DNA of 64,000 nucleotides from Protoeuglena noctilucae (lineage: Eukaryota), in assembly GCA_958009085.1 (NCBI GenBank), contig OY253668.1, positions 310,001-374,000 on the forward strand, in the 5' to 3' direction. Each line of letters starts with the position of its first letter. Within the stretch, counting starts at the first letter, position 1. Of the stretch, positions 1 through 13,600 are shown one piece after another. Both the position numbers and the translations under genes were made by a program. The notes under the pieces are model-generated. The model saw nothing but the letters and a program-made list of their open reading frames with translations. It did no database searches and had not been told where the DNA came from.

Positions 1-891
1 AGGCGCACCGACAGCTCCTTCACCACCTGCAGCGGGCGGCGGAGTGGGATCGGGTGCCTGGTGCGGGTGCTTGAGGCGGCAAGCGGGGGCCGTGGCTGCT
101 ACTGCGGGGCTTCACGCGGCCCAAGGGTCATGTCGACAGCCGCGGCAGGCAGCGCGGGTGACCTGCGCGGCGAGGACGCGGTGGACGGACGCGGCTTTGG
201 CGATGGCGACGTAGGACGGCTGGCAAGCGGCCCCCCCGGTGGAGGGGGCGTGCTTGCCGATGTGCTTGGGGACGGCGGCAAAGCGGCCGGCCAGGAGCTC
301 GAAGAAGGGTCGCACAAGGGACATCTTCTGTCCGGTGGCCGTATCGAGGGCCTTGCACACCAGGAAGGACCCGAGGAAGGGCACGGAGACGTTCTGCAAG
401 GGAGAGGAGGGGCGGCCCGACGTTCGACGAGTGAGCGAGGAAGCATTGGGTCGCAGGGGCCACGACGACAATAGGCGGAGTATCACCTTGCCGATGAGGA
501 GGTTGCGCCTCACGAAATCGCTCAGGCCCGCCCACACGCCCTTGACTGTTGCAAGGGTGAGCTGCTCATGCTTCCTGCCCCACGCGCTGCAGCGGACAAG
601 GAAGTCATGGGCTCTTCTGATAGATTAGTGATGACGGACACCCAGGTCAAGGGCTCATGCTGAGAGAGAGCGTACACGGGCTGGAGGGAGGCCGTTCCGC
701 ACAAACATTTCGTGCCTGGCCGTGGGGCTTGGGTGCACGGGGGAGCGCATCTGCAGCATTGACCGCCACCGCAAGGAGAGCATGCGACCGCCTGCGGGGC
801 CGTCCGTCCCCCACCTGTCCAGGAGCTCTTGTCCTAGGCTGTTGTTGTCCACCACGCGCCCGGCCACAGAGACACGGTCCTCGGCCGCCAT
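1..891 (-). CDS. CCDC81-like HU-domain centrosomal/ciliary protein, multi-exon, 3' end runs off the window
   Basis: Spliced reading VKGVWAGLSDFVRRNLLIGK|NVSVPFLGSF...VRPFFELL...SYVAIAKAASVHRVLAAQ|VVKELSVRL resembles the CCDC81 HU domain. GT-AG intron at 486-394. The start near 891 (MAAEDRV...) is tentative. Confidence 0.55.
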
Positions 892-1249
892 GAAACCCCC
901 ACGCGCCTAACTTCACGTTCAAAATCGCCCGGGGAGCGTTGGACGCCAGCGTGGAGGGCGAGACGGAGAGAAAATGCCTGCAGGTCCGCGTGATTTGAAA
1001 AATGCACCGCCAAACGACAGGTCGCGTCGCCTGTGATGTCTTGGGAACTCGTGCCCCTCGCGACCGCTCGCTGCTGAAACACGCTTCCACCTCTGGGCCG
1101 ACCTGACACATCTGGCAAGTAAGGGCTGCACGCAAGTGGGCTTAGTGGCCGTGAGCCCCCGTCCTCGACCACCACCTGTGTCGCGGAGCGCAACATCTGC
1201 CCCGGCCTGCGGCTGCCGCCTCGAGTTTCTTCCAGGGGAGGTGTCGCGC

Positions 1250-2271
1250 ATGCAGGGCGCAGCAATATCCGCTGCCCGGGCTCGGGTGGCCTGCCATAGC
1301 CATGCGCTGGCGAGACCCTGGGTTCCACGCGTCTCGCGTTGGAAGCCTGCCCCGCCCCGAGCGCCTGCCCGGCAGCATTGTCGGCAGCTGCGCGGCGCCC
1401 CTCTCGCGCGGGCCTGGCGCGATCGCGAGCGCGATGTGGACTTGGACTGGCAGAACGTCCGCATGGATGGCGACGAGCGGCTGGAGAACGTGAGCCGCCG
1501 CCCGCGCGGCTGCCCTGCGCGCGACGTCGACGTCCGCGTCGCTTTTGCTGAGAACGGGCCCGTCACTGAACGGCCCTGGCCATGCCGCCAGGTTCTGGAC
1601 ACCGTTCGCAATCGCGAGCTCGCTCGCAGAGGATGAGGCGCGCGCTGGAGGACGAGGGGGACGACCATGAAACGCGCACGCCCGTCGTCCTTCGGGTCGT
1701 GGAGCGCACGTTGGCGGTGCTCGACGCGGGCGCGGGGCGATTGACGGACATCGTTGAGGCCCTGCTGCCCCGCGACGTGGAGATCTCGCGGCCCACACTC
1801 GAGATCGTTGTGAAGGTGTGCGGCACGAGGGTGCTGCGGGTCGCCGGGCCTGGCCCGTCGCGCCCTTCAAAGGCACTATGCTGTCTTGCGCGCAGGGGAC
1901 GCTCGTCCTAGGGGCCATCTCCGTCCTGCGGAGCATCCTGGGGTTCATCGTGGGGACGGGGGCCATCGCGCTGGCCTACTACGCCTGGTCTGGGGCCAAG
2001 GTGAGCTCGGAACACTGGTGGTGCGGTTGGAGACCGCCGCGGACGCCGACGCGGGCGGCGCGCGTCGCTCGTTTTCGATTTCGTGGCATGTGATGGCGTT
2101 GGCACAGAGGGATGGCTCGAGAGCTGTGGTCATTCGGTCGAGGTTATTGCCAAGCCCGGCTCCCAGGTGTCGGATGGACCGCGTCGCACGAGGACCGTCA
2201 AGCCATCGCGGCGGAGGAGGGGTCAGGGGCGTGGCGACCTCGTGGAGGTGGAGTGGCGGGACAGGCGATGA
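1250..2271 (+). CDS. Hypothetical membrane protein with transit-peptide-like N-terminus
   Basis: Arg/Ala-rich N-terminus MQGAAISAARARVACH..., then GT-AG-flanked exons RRALEDEGDDHETRTPVVLRVVE... and hydrophobic GTLVLGAISVLRSILGFIVGTGAIALAYYAW. Last exon is tentative. Confidence 0.5.
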
Positions 2272-2599
2272 GCCGCGCCCGTCGCTTTGGCTTGCGTTTC
2301 CTGCGTCTCTTTTTGTAGCCGACAGCGCACCCCATTTCCACCGGTAGAGCTCCAACCGACAGCAAACCCTGCCAGACCTACAACCCTCCACTGGCAGAGG
2401 GTTGCAGGGGGCCTTTTCGGACTGAGCGCGCGCCATACGGTTCATACGCTAGCTTCCTTTCTGTGCGCTGCGCTGTATCTTCTCTCTTCGCCTACTTCGG
2501 GTCATCCACGCGTTGTCTACTTCCCCCGTCGGAGCCCTGGGCCCACGGGCGCATCTGTTGTTGAATAGGCACCCCCGTGGTCCTGTACAAACGTTTAAA

Positions 2600-3588
2600 A
2601 TGCAGGCTATCGCTGGTGAGCCGCTGCGCGCGCGCGCCGACAAGCGCGGCCTGTTTGTGGCGCGCATCGTAGGTCCTCGAATATCGCACCCGCCAACGTC
2701 GGCAGCGCAGCCCCGGGCCGGCGCCGACAGTGCTTCGCGGCCTATGTGGAGTTTGCTCCGATTGGCCTTCCTCAGCACATCCTCCGGCACCCTACAACGC
2801 AGGCACGACGCTGCTGCAGCCACGTTGCCCCTCGGGGCGCAACGCCGTCGCGAGCGCGGCGCGGACGCAGCAGAGCGGTCTCTTCTCTCTCGGCTGGTGG
2901 AAGTACGGACAGGAGAGCCGTTTCGGCGCACGAGGTGCGAGAAATTGCAAAGTTCCGCAGCCTCCGACGCTGGTCGGTGCCTGCGCGCTTCACCGGCGAC
3001 ACGGTTCCGCCCGCAGAGTCGCGCTGGCTCGCGGACTACACGTCGCCGAAGAAGTACGGCCCCGATGTCGTCGCGGTCGAGCCCCGGTGAGTCCTCGCAC
3101 ACGCACGCGCACGCACGCTGTACGTGGTCGCGCAGTGGCGGTCTCTCCTGCCCCGGGAAGAGCAAGCACCGCGCTCCACACGTGCTTGCAGGACCTCTCT
3201 GAAGGAGTCCAGCGTGGTCACCCAGGCCGCCTCCACGGAGGCCGCCACGGTGGAGGCCCCGGCTGAGACGCCGGTCGAGACGGAGGCCGCGGCCGCCCCC
3301 GCGGAGGAGGCCCCGCAGCAGGCCGAGGAGGCCAAGTCGGGGGCCGCCATCACGGCCGTCACGGAGGACGCCATCCTCTTCACGTTCGACAAGGAGAAGG
3401 AGGCCCCCGCCGCTGCCGCGGCTGCCCCCGCTGAGAAGCCGGCGGAGCCGGTGAAGGGCGCGAGCGACGGCGAGAGCGCCGAGGGCACGGACGACGACGC
3501 CACCGAGGGCGGCAAGTCGGTGGTCAAGCGCGCCGAGCTCATCATCGCCGGGCTCCCCGGCCCCTTTGAGGGCACGGTGTTCCCCTGA
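2600..3588 (+). CDS. Small acidic Ala/Glu/Pro-rich protein of unknown function (3 exons)
   Basis: Exons 2600-2615, 3017-3086 and 3192-3588 join in frame: MQAIAESRWLADYTSPKKYGPDVVAVEPRTSLKESSVV...IIAGLPGPFEGTVFP*. Strong G/C third-position bias. Confidence 0.6.
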
Positions 3589-3844
3589 GCGGGGTCGTGA
3601 TTAGAGTTGAGTTTTTGCTCGCCATTGGAGGGCGTGTAGAAGAGAAGCAGCGCTGTTATTGAAGCAAAATTTTGGAGCCTAGCGTGCTGTGCGATACTGG
3701 CGTGCTGTGCGACGTGCTTGAAGCTTCGTTTCTTTACATCTCCCCCACCATTCCCGTGGATAGTGTGCAGGTCGCTATTTCAAGTGACGAGGCCCGCGAA
3801 CCAGCGGCTGGGGAGCTCTCGAAAAGGAGACACGCGCCGCACCC

Positions 3845-4956
3845 ATGTTTGGCGGGTTCTTTGGCCCGGGTCGCAGTGACCCGTTCGCCGAGATGGATCG
3901 CATGATGCGAAATATGGATCGCGAGTTCGAGCGCGCGTTCCAGCACGCCTTTGAGGGCTTCCCGCAGGCTTCCACGAGACAGCCCAGAGCCTTCCGGGTA
4001 AGTGGAGCGCAATCAGCCGGACATTCGCAGGACGCGCCGTCCCGGCGACATCGCGGAGACTCCCTAGGGTAAGGAGCAGTTCGGCGTTGTCACGCGGCGT
4101 TCTCGGAACCCCTGCCCGCAGCTAGGCGCCCCGGCTCGTGTCGAGGAGCTCGGCGACCACGACGACGCCGTGGCAACGAGGAGCGGCCACGTGCCCCGCG
4201 TGGAAGAACCGGACGATGACGTGCCTTCGCACAGCAACCAAAGTGGCGCCCGCGATGGGGAGCAGGGCGCGGGGCCCCTGACCTTTTTTGGGGGCCTCAC
4301 CAGCGGCCTCGGCGGGCTGTTCGGGGGCCAGACGACGATGTCGGTGCCTCGAGGGGCTACGGTGCAGTCGTACTCGTACAGCTACAGCAGCTCGGGGTAC
4401 GGGCGGCCCGTCGAGCATCGGGAGGAGATGCATGTGGGTCCAGGTGCGTGGCCTCGCTGCTCCTAAAGCCCCCGATGGCGAGGTTCTCGTGCAAAATGCG
4501 CGTTTCGTGACGCGATCCGCGCTCTTCGTATCGCAGATGGAGGGTTAGAGAGGCGCCGGGTGGTCAAGGACGGGCGGACGGGCGAGGAGTCGGTCGAAGT
4601 GCACCGCTCGCTCAATGGCCGCGGGCGTACGGTGAAGGTGCGCTGCAGCTGGTGACGCCTGCCTTGAGGATGCTCGGGGCGCCGTGGGATGGACCCGAAC
4701 CGCAGCTTTGTGCTTGTCGCAGCGGGTCCGAGGGGCGGATGGCCAGCAGCGTGCCGAGGACCAGCTGCACGGCATGACGTCTGAGCAGGCGCGGGAGTTC
4801 GACCGCCAGTGGCAGGAGCGCCGGGGTACGTACCTGGGCGGCCGGGCTCAGACCACCACCCCCGCCCTGCCGGACGCGGAGCACGGTGGGACGCAGGCCA
4901 GCCGGCCCGTCGGGAACCGCTGGTTCGGAGGTGGCAGTCGAACTCACTGGGCGTGA
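3845..4956 (+). CDS. MLF: Myeloid leukemia factor (MLF) family protein
   Basis: MFGGFFG..DPFAEMDRMM, SYSYSYSSS, ERRRVVKDGRTGEESVEVHRSLNGRGRTVK|RVRGADG..LHGMTSEQAREFDRQWQ match the MLF pattern. Three GT-AG introns. Confidence 0.8.
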
Positions 4957-5232
4957 ACTAGGCCGGTACCGATGCGCCAATGTGGTTCACCCCCCTCTCC
5001 CCGCTTTGCTACACCCCTCTTGCCCCCTGCTGCATGATGTTTCTGACTGCAGGCCTGTGCTTGAAGCGTGTCTGGTTGCTGAGAATTTCTCAGAGAAAAC
5101 GAACACTCGTAGAATAGGATAGGAGTTGCTCGGTTTGGCACAGTCAGGTGCTCTGCGTGGCTGGGAGGGTGGTGTACAGGAGGGCTTCAGGACCCCAAGC
5201 CTTGCAGCGCAGCCCAACCTCGTGTGGGCGCC

Positions 5233-7659
5233 ATGTCGACGAGACAGCTGCGGCGTCTTCAGCAGCAGTTAGAGCTGAAGGAGGCTGCAGAGGCCGCGAG
5301 CGGGCACGATAGCTCAGGTGGAGCCCCGAGAGCTCGCTTGGTTCAGCCGATGGGCTCTGCGGCTCGGGATGCGCGCGGCGTCACCGTTCGCCCTTCGCCA
5401 ATCCTTGCGCAGAAGATGAGCATCAGAAAACCCGAACGACGAACTTCGCGCTGCTGAGCGCGCTCGCGGGGAGCAGCAGCGACGGCGGCAGCGATTCTGA
5501 GGGCGAGGAAACCGCTCCGCAGCGGGGGAAGGCCACGGAGAGTCAGAGCAGAGAGGTATGTGTCAATCCGCGATACGGCGTCTGCCAACAACGCTTCCAA
5601 ATCCTCCCTAGGCATCATTTCTTCCCTCGCTCCTTCGCAGACGTCGCACGGCGCAGCCTGCGCGAGCTCCGAGGCGCCGACCAAGAAGAAGAGGAAGAGC
5701 AAGAAGAAGAAGCGCACTCAAGCGGACGGGGCGGCTGACGATGCAGGGCTAGACGATGTGGACCGGGCGCTGCGGGAGGTCGAGTTGGTCGCGCCCGTGG
5801 CGCCAGTGACGCCCGCCAAAAGCGCCCCGAGGAAGGACGCGCAGAAGCCCAAGGATGTGCTCTCCGTCAACCCGGCCCTGCTGAAGGCCGATGAGGTGCG
5901 GTACCGCGCTGCACCGTGCTGTTGCAGCATGAGGCCATCCCATTCTGTGACGAGCCGAGCTGAGCCGAGCAAAACCCCTGCAGGAGCTGAAGCGCATTTT
6001 TGGAGCGAGGGCCGTGTCGGAGGCGGAAGCGGGGTCGTCTGGGCGCGGAGGGCGGCAGCTGGGGCGCGGGCGGGGGCGAGCCCTGGGTGCGCTGCGGCGT
6101 GGGGTCTTGGTGCAGCCCAAAGACCACTGGCCGCCCGTGCAGCCTCTCCTGTCGATGGAGGTTGTCAAATCTGGGGATTCGGAGGCGACGACCAAGACGT
6201 TCCGCTTTGTGCACGGGCCGTCGTACGGGGCCCTGCAGAGCCTGTACGAGGAGTGTGCCCAGACGGCAGACCCGAACAACATTGTCATGGTGCTGCAGCA
6301 GGTGCGGATGGGTGCGGATGCGCTCGACCTCCATGGAAGGCCTTGGTTACCGTGATCATAGGCCCTTAGGATTGGCTGCTGCGACACCACGTGAGGACCG
6401 CTTGCCTTCCCGCAGCACGCGTACCACGTGGACGCACTGCTGTCCCTGTCGTACGTGCACCAGGCGCACGGAAACGCAGAGGAGGCCGAGGACATGCTGG
6501 AGAAGGCCATTTCGTACATGGAGCTCGCCGCCCATCCCAGGTGCGTGTGCCCAGGGAGCTGGTCTTGGCGCTCGGCACGCACCTGCCGGGCACGCCGACG
6601 ACCAGACCCGTGCGAACACGGCCTCTATGAGTTGGCTCGCAGATTCGAATTGGTCTCCGCCACGTGCCGCCTTCCCTTCAAATTCGAGGAGAACCGGCCC
6701 TTCTACCAGGCGTGCTTCCGCTACGCCATGACCCTCAGCCGCCGGGGGTGCCACAGGTGCCGGCGAGGCGGGCAGGGCGGCGTGTCTTTGCTGTGCGTTG
6801 CGAACGTCCCTAGCAGCACACGTGGCCCGCGCTTCCCGCACGCAGGACGGCGCTGGAGGTCAGCAAGGCCGTGCTGAGCCTGGACCGGACCGACCCCGTT
6901 GGGATGCTCCAGGCCATCGACTACTTGGCCGTCCGGGCGAGGGAGTACGAATGGCTGTGCACATTCGTGCTGCGGTACGCGTCGGGCACCGAGGGCGACG
7001 GCCCGGACGCCACGGTGCCGATGCTGCCCAACATGGCCTTTTCCGTGGCACTGGCCAAGTGGGAGGGGGAGCGGCTGGGAGGGGGAGCGGCGGGCAGCGG
7101 GGCCCCTCCCACGTGGCCGGATGGCCGGGGGCCGCTGGACAGCCTGACGTGGGCCGCGGCGGTCCACCCGCGGGCCGTCGTGGCCCTGGTGGCGAAGCTG
7201 CGGGAGAAGGGGGCCTGCCGCGGGCGCGAGTGGGACGAGCTCCTCGCCGCCCCGCTCTTCCGCAAGGCTGACTTCGGGGGCTCGGCGTCGCTCGAGCACC
7301 TGACGCGGCTGTTCGTGGAGCGCAGTCACCCCTTGTGGCGTGCCGAGATTGCGCAGGCCTTCCTCCTCCGCGGCGCGAAGGCCGCCGCACAGGCGGCGGG
7401 GGAGGCGGGCGAGGGCGTGGTGGAGGGCATCACGGTCGCTGATTGGCGGGCCGTGGTGGGCGAGCTGTTCCCCGCGGACTCCGCCAACCAGTTCCAGCAC
7501 CTCAACGCCGAGGACTTCGCGGAGGGGCAGCAGGTCATCCCCGAGGAGGAGGGGCGGCCAATGGAGCCGGTGGCACCGGACGCAGGGCCCCACGGCCAGG
7601 GCACGATGTGGGGCATCATCCAGGCCTTGATGCCGTGGTACCGTGGGCCCGGCGCGTGA
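5233..7659 (+). CDS. TCF25: TCF25/Rqc1 ribosome quality control subunit
   Basis: MSTRQLRRL, NFALL, poly-Lys, LKADE|ELKRIFG, HAYHVDALLSLS, ENRPFY, RRGCHR|TALEVSKAVLSLDRTDP, IDYLAVRAREY, LPNMAFSVALA. Confidence 0.88.
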
Positions 7660-8014
7660 AATCTCTATGCTGATTGAACAATCTGCAAGGCGTGTCAGTG
7701 ACGCGGGGGGATGACACATTGACAGCACCGTGACACCCCTGCAGGCTCAGCGTCCCATGCATTCTCTGCGTACTGCCTTTCTGGTCACGACGCAAGCGTT
7801 ATTCCTCCTTCATCGCGCCGCCCGGCATCTCCTTGGGACTGTCACTGCTCTGGGTCCTGGTTGAGTGACATTGCCGACGCAATGTCGGCCAAACATGATT
7901 CTTGGGCGGGCGCCAGCCGTCTCGGGACGCCGATGGACGCGGCGCGTTTGTCCTGGGGAGGAGCCCGCCCGGGGTCGGCGGGAAGCGAGGTGAATGGCGT
8001 CTTCATGCACTTCG

Positions 8015-9235
8015 ATGGCTTCCTTGAGTAAATATTGGGTCTGTGGAGGACGGCCTTGAGTTATCGCCCCGTGGGGGCTCTGCGCGGCCGTGCCAGAGGT
8101 CCGCAGAGATGCATCGCGTGCGCACCCGCCGCGAGCCGGCAAAGCGAGGAGTTTGCGCACCGATGCGACGGACGGGCGACCTACGCCACGCTCCCACGCT
8201 CCTTGCTCCCAAGGGTTACGCAGCGCGGCCCTAGGGCTGGTCCACCCACTGACGCCACCTGTGCGGCCGTCCCCTGTCCCCAGCCACGCTTCCAGATGCC
8301 CCGGTCGAGCATCACGTACGACTCCAAGGGGGGTCGCATGGTGTACGGGCTGATGGACCGCTACGGCCAGCGCATTCGGCAGCACCACTTCGAGAACATC
8401 AAGCGCCTCCAGAACGAGACGGACGAGCAGCTGAGCATGCAGCCGGCGGGGAGGCGGCACCTGCAGCACCAGTACCAGTTCGCACAGGAGGTGAGCGAAG
8501 CGCAAGTGGCCCATGACCGGGCTACCCTGCATGCCGTGAGGTTGCGACACGTCCCCGCGGTCGTGACACGCTTGCAGGAGAAGGAACAGTCGGCGTACAA
8601 CGCCTCGCTCCGGCCGAGCAAGGCCCCGGCCTACCACGCCGTCTGGGCGACGTCGGGAGGCAACCCGCTCAACTCTGGGGAGTCTGGCCGGCCCTCGTCG
8701 GGGGTCGCCGAGCTCGTCACGGCCCACGGGACCGCTGCGCGTATGTACCGCCCCATCGATCCCCTGAGGCACCCCGTGGACGCGCGGTACCAGGCTCGGA
8801 CCATGTATGACGTAAAGGTGTGGTAGGATGGGGCTTGAACCGGCAAGGCGAGAAGGACGTGCTGCGTGGGCCAGCGACCCGGTCCCTTGCCACGTCTTCG
8901 CAGAGGGAAGTGGAGAACATGGAGGACGAGGTCCGCATGTCCAGGATGCGGGACGTGCGTGAGCAGTTCCGGGGGGGGTTTACAGACACCAGGTGCGCTG
9001 GCGCCACCGCGGGCGCACCCCGTGGCGGAGCGACGAGGGCTGTGAGCCGCACAGAGTTGGCCCACTCCGCGTGCGCAGGTCTGAGCTGATGGATTTGGCG
9101 GTGCAGTACCCCCACGGGGCTCCCGCACACATCCGCCGTCAGCTCGCGGCGCAGGGGGTCTCGGTGATGGGCGACACGCGCCAGATGTCTAACCTCAACA
9201 ACCCCTTCACTCGGCAGGGCTACCTCAACTACTAG
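8015..9235 (+). CDS. Hypothetical protein (multi-exon)
   Basis: Codon-biased exons PRFQMPRSSITYDSKGGRMVYGLMDRYG..., REVENMEDEVRMSRMRD..., SELMDLAVQYPHG...NNPFTRQGYLNY* with GT-AG boundaries. First exon is uncertain. Confidence 0.55.
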
Positions 9236-9275
9236 AGCGCGAACATGGCTGGCATGCTTGAAACGCAGCACTGTT

Positions 9276-10293
9276 TCAAATGAATACGGACGCCGTCGCG
9301 TGGGACCGCGAGTCGCTCGCGACGGACGGTCCTAGCGATCGGGCCGTCCCGACCAACGCGCTTGCGTCGATCCCGCCCAGCGCACCCACGACGCGGGCCA
9401 GGCATTGCGCGAGCTCGACCGCTGCGGGGACGTCCGCAATGGGACGCGACAGGGGCTGGTGCAGGAGCGCCGCGGGAACGCGCCGCCCCTGGCACGCGGC
9501 AAGGAGGGCGGCAGGCAGCCCTTCCACGCGCCCCCCCGGTGGGAGCGGCGGTGCTGGGCAGGTCAGCCCCGTCGCGGCCCACGCGTCCGAGCAGAGGCTG
9601 AAGACGGGGCTATCGGAGTCGCCCGTGGCAGCCAGCCACGGCCCGCCCTGGGACAGGATGAGAACCCTTGGGCTGGGGAGGGCACCGAGGAGCGCCCGTG
9701 CCGCTGATACCGCGCGGTCCGCCGGGATGGGGCCCTGGCAGCAGACGACCGCGGTGGCATCCGATGCGAGGTAGGCGGTGCAGGTCGTGTCCGCGCTGCG
9801 GGCGCGTACGAGCATGCGTGATGGATGCGTGTGATGCGAGTCTCGGATGCCCCAGCCTGCCTGGCGCGCACAGCGCACCTGCTGGGCTTTGCAGAGAGCG
9901 ACCTGATCGGCACGCCCGGCACGATGAGGCAGCCAAGGACTGGGCGCTCGGCGAGGCGAAAGGCCGCGTGGAGGAGGCGGCAAGCCTGGGTCGACGTGCC
10001 AATGACGAGGACGGACACCGACGCCATCAGTGCTTGGGTTCCCGCCTCCCCGTGGGACGCTAGCCTCTCCACAAACTCTGCCGGCAACAGATCTGGGGGG
10101 AAAGGCGCGGGGCTCGCTGAGGGCAGGGGCAGCACGTCGGGGCGTGTGCCGCTGTCCTCTGCTGGGCCGACATCGAACCAGGCATGTCACCTAGCGCATC
10201 TTGCGCGGCTCTTTTCTTCTCGGCGTCGGCCTCCTCGTCCTCGTCCACCAGCCTGCTCGGAAGCTCATCGGTCAGAGGGTCGAAGCCGTCCAT
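9276..10293 (-). CDS. PSMG1: Proteasome assembly chaperone 1 (PAC1/PSMG1)-like
   Basis: N-terminal MDGFDPLTDELPSRLVDEDEE, then LPPGGRVEGLPAALLAACQGRRVPAALL, and a C-terminal HbYX-like end (SVFI*). Confidence 0.7.
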
Positions 10294-10668
10294 CCTCTTC
10301 GCAGATGCAGAAGGACGCGGCAGAGGGGTCTTTTTGATGCTGCGCTTGGCGTACTCCTGGTCATCTTTCGCAGATTTGGAGGGCCCCGAGGTTTCCCGCC
10401 AAGCGTCTCGTTCTGGCGACTTGAAAACGACAGATGGCGGGAATTGCCGCCTGGGGACGTTTTCGTACCTCAAACACGCCATCCGCTGGCGTCATTGGCA
10501 AGGAGCCGCGCCTGCCAAGCTCTAACGTGGCCGAGAGGTTTCCCGGCGGCAGCGCGCGTTGCTCCTGGCGCGTGCTTCGCTTCAGCGCTGTTCCGCGCCA
10601 CCGCGCCACTTCCGCCCGCAAGGCAACGTCCATCATTTCTTATATCCTCTGACGCAACTGACTGGCAT

Positions 10669-13600
10669 ATGGCGGCACGTATCTCGCCGGGCATGGAGCA
10701 TGCGGACCGCTTGCCCTCCGGGTGCTTGCTGAGCGACTTGCGCCGGCGGGAGCTCACAGGAAGACGCGTGCATGCGGCAGAGCACGACGATATTCTGTTG
10801 TCTCTCACATCGGACAGGAGGTGCGCCGGCATACGCAGCGAGTGGTGCTGCGCGGCGAGTCCCTGGCCTACCCTGCCTCCGCCCCTTGCAACCCGCCCGC
10901 CCGCCTCCCATCGCAGAGGCGAGGGCCCCTGGAGCGTGGACATGGCGGCAAGCTCGCGCCCGTGTGGCGTTGGCTGGATTGAGACGAACCCCGGCTTCCA
11001 GACGGTGCCCGCCTTCGTCGTCAAATTTTGCGACACGGTGCGGCAGCAGCGGCTCAGCGCAGCGGCAGTGACCCTCCGCACTCGCCTGTGCTCGCGCCAG
11101 TTGCAAAGTGCTTTTGCCGCGGTTCGAGTCGGCGCAGGCCAACCGGGGACGTCTGCTGGCGGTGGCAGATGAGGACGGCTATCTCGCAGTGGTCAACACG
11201 GCTCGAGAAATACCCGAGAGCACTTGGCCCGAAGACATGGAGCCGGGGCAGGTGAGAACTGGCCAAGCCGTCCGGTCGAAGGCTGTGCACGTGTCCAGGG
11301 CTGCAAGAGAACATGGTTGAGCCTTTCTCACTTCCGCAGCCGTCGTGCTGCGGGTTCTGGCGAGCTCATGAGAACGCCATCTTCGACTTGTGCTGGACGC
11401 ACCGCGACCAGCGCATCGTAACGGCGTCAGCCGACCACAGGTGAGGCAGGGACCAGCCAATGGCGTCGGGACCATGCACTATGCTGGCTGACGTCTCCGG
11501 CCCTTGGGCGTCTTGGCCACTGCTGCTCGTGTCTGTTTCACATCTCATCTTCATTCACTCGTCCTGGTCGTGCCGCAGCATCCGCTTGTGGGACACGAAA
11601 CGCGCCGCATGCATCGGGGAGGGCGTGGCGCATCACGGCACCGTCAAGTGTGTGGCCGCCATGCCCGGCCACCCCGACATCCTCGCGTCCGGGGGCCGTG
11701 ACGGCGTCGTGGCTCTGTGGGACACCAGGCTTCCGGGGTCCCCATGCCCCGGCCTGCAGGGCCCCGCCTTGCTGCCAGTATCCACTGTTCCCCAGGCTCA
11801 TGGCCCCGGCGCGCCTGGCAAGCACGCCGCGAGCAAGAAGAAGAACGGGACCGCGAGCGCGGGGGTGACGGCCCTGGCGTTCCTGGCGGGTGAGCCACCC
11901 TCCCGCGCCTGGCTCTGCTACCCAGGCCGTCGTGGCTTGCAATGCCCTTTGCTGCAGCACCCTGGTCTCCAACCCACCGACCCCGGCGCTTCCTGCGCTT
12001 CGCAGACGCCTGGCTCCTCGCCACAGGCGGCACGGATGGCACCGTCAAGACATGGGACACGCGTGCCCTGTACCGCCCGCTCCATGCCCTCTTCCCTGAC
12101 ACCGCGTCCGACCTCGCGGACGCTGCGGGCCCTTCCCAGTCCCGCAGGAGATCGGGCCGGGCGAGGTCCTCATCCCACGCCGCTCCCAGCGCCGGCCCAC
12201 CCGGCTCGCGCCCCTTTGGCACCCCCACGCCCGTCACGGCCTTCGCAGCCCGTGCGGTGCCGGCGTTCGTTCCCTGCGACCGGGCCGTCGTGCATCTGGA
12301 CGTGGCTGCCCCTCCCTGTGGCGGCGGCCCTGCGACGGCGAAGAGCAGGCCAACGCCCGACGTCGGCCAGAATGGCGCTGCCCCACGCCCCGGGCCGTCT
12401 GCGGGGCCGGGCGCCCCAGGCACCGCGCTGGAGGAGGCGCAGGCCGGAATTGTGGTGGCGCGGATGAGCACAGCCCGGAAGCGCGCCCTGGTGGCTGCGC
12501 TGGCCGCATCTCCCGCGCCGGCACCCCTGCACGTGGCACGCGCCCCCGGGGGGGAGGCCCACGGCGTCACTTGCATCGCCGCGTCCCCCGGAGGCGACAT
12601 GCTGGCAGTCTCGTACGCCAAGGAGTCCGTCGTGAGGACCTTGGACGGCCGCCGCCCCTGGCTGGGCTTCCAGGCGGAGTTCCGCGGCCACCGCACGGAC
12701 GGCTTCTTTGTCAAGTGCTGCTTCAGTCCCTGCGGGGACTGGCTGCTCTGCGGGTCCTCCGACGGCCGCCCGCACATCTACCCTGCGCGCAACGGCGGGT
12801 GCCCCATCGTGCTCGAGGGGCATGCGGGGGAGGTGTCGAGCGTCGCGTGGTGCACCCGGGGCCCGCCCCAGCTCGCGACCGCCTCGGACGATGGGACCGT
12901 GAGGGTGTGGGGGCCGGTGCCCGCCGCGGCTGCGGAGCGGCGGGTGTCGGGGGCGCGGAGGGGCGCGATGGGCGGCAGCGTGGCGCCTATTGGGGAGGCA
13001 GGGCCGGGGGTGTCTCTGGCGCCGCGAGCAATCTCCGCCTCCCCGGCGCTGGCCGCCGCCGCTTCCCCCAGCGTCCCCGCCGCGCCGCTGCCTCGGCTGA
13101 CGCAGTCGACGCTGCACTTTGCCGTGTCACCCGCGCCCATGACCCCACACATGGCCAGCGTGCGGCCGACGGAGCCGCGGACGCCGCTGTCGGCCGTCCC
13201 AGCCGCGGACGTGGTCCGGAGGGACGCGGAGAACGCGGCCGTGTGCGCCCGTGGCACGGACGCATCCCCAATCACCCCGGCCATGGACATGGGGGGTGTT
13301 GTCGAAGCGCGTGCCCAGGAAAGGGACGCAGGGGGCAAGGAGAACATGGAACCATGGCTTCGAGACGCAGGCACTGGCGAGCAAGGCGGCCGGGGGGTGG
13401 CTGGCCGCAAGCAGCAGCGGCACATGGCCAAGGGCGCAGGGGCGGGAGTCACGGCGGAGTCCGGCAGTAAGCGCGTCTCTGAGAACTCTCCAGGCTGCGG
13501 GGGGGGCAGAGAGGGGCTCGGGCCGGGGATGGCCCTCGCGACACCGGTGTATCGGGGGGCCGGCAGCTCTCCAGCGGTGGCGTCAGAACCTGGCACGGTC

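Noticed and set aside
3682..3712. 13-bp direct repeat gcgtgctgtgcga between genes
   Set aside because: Only two copies, with no other support for function.
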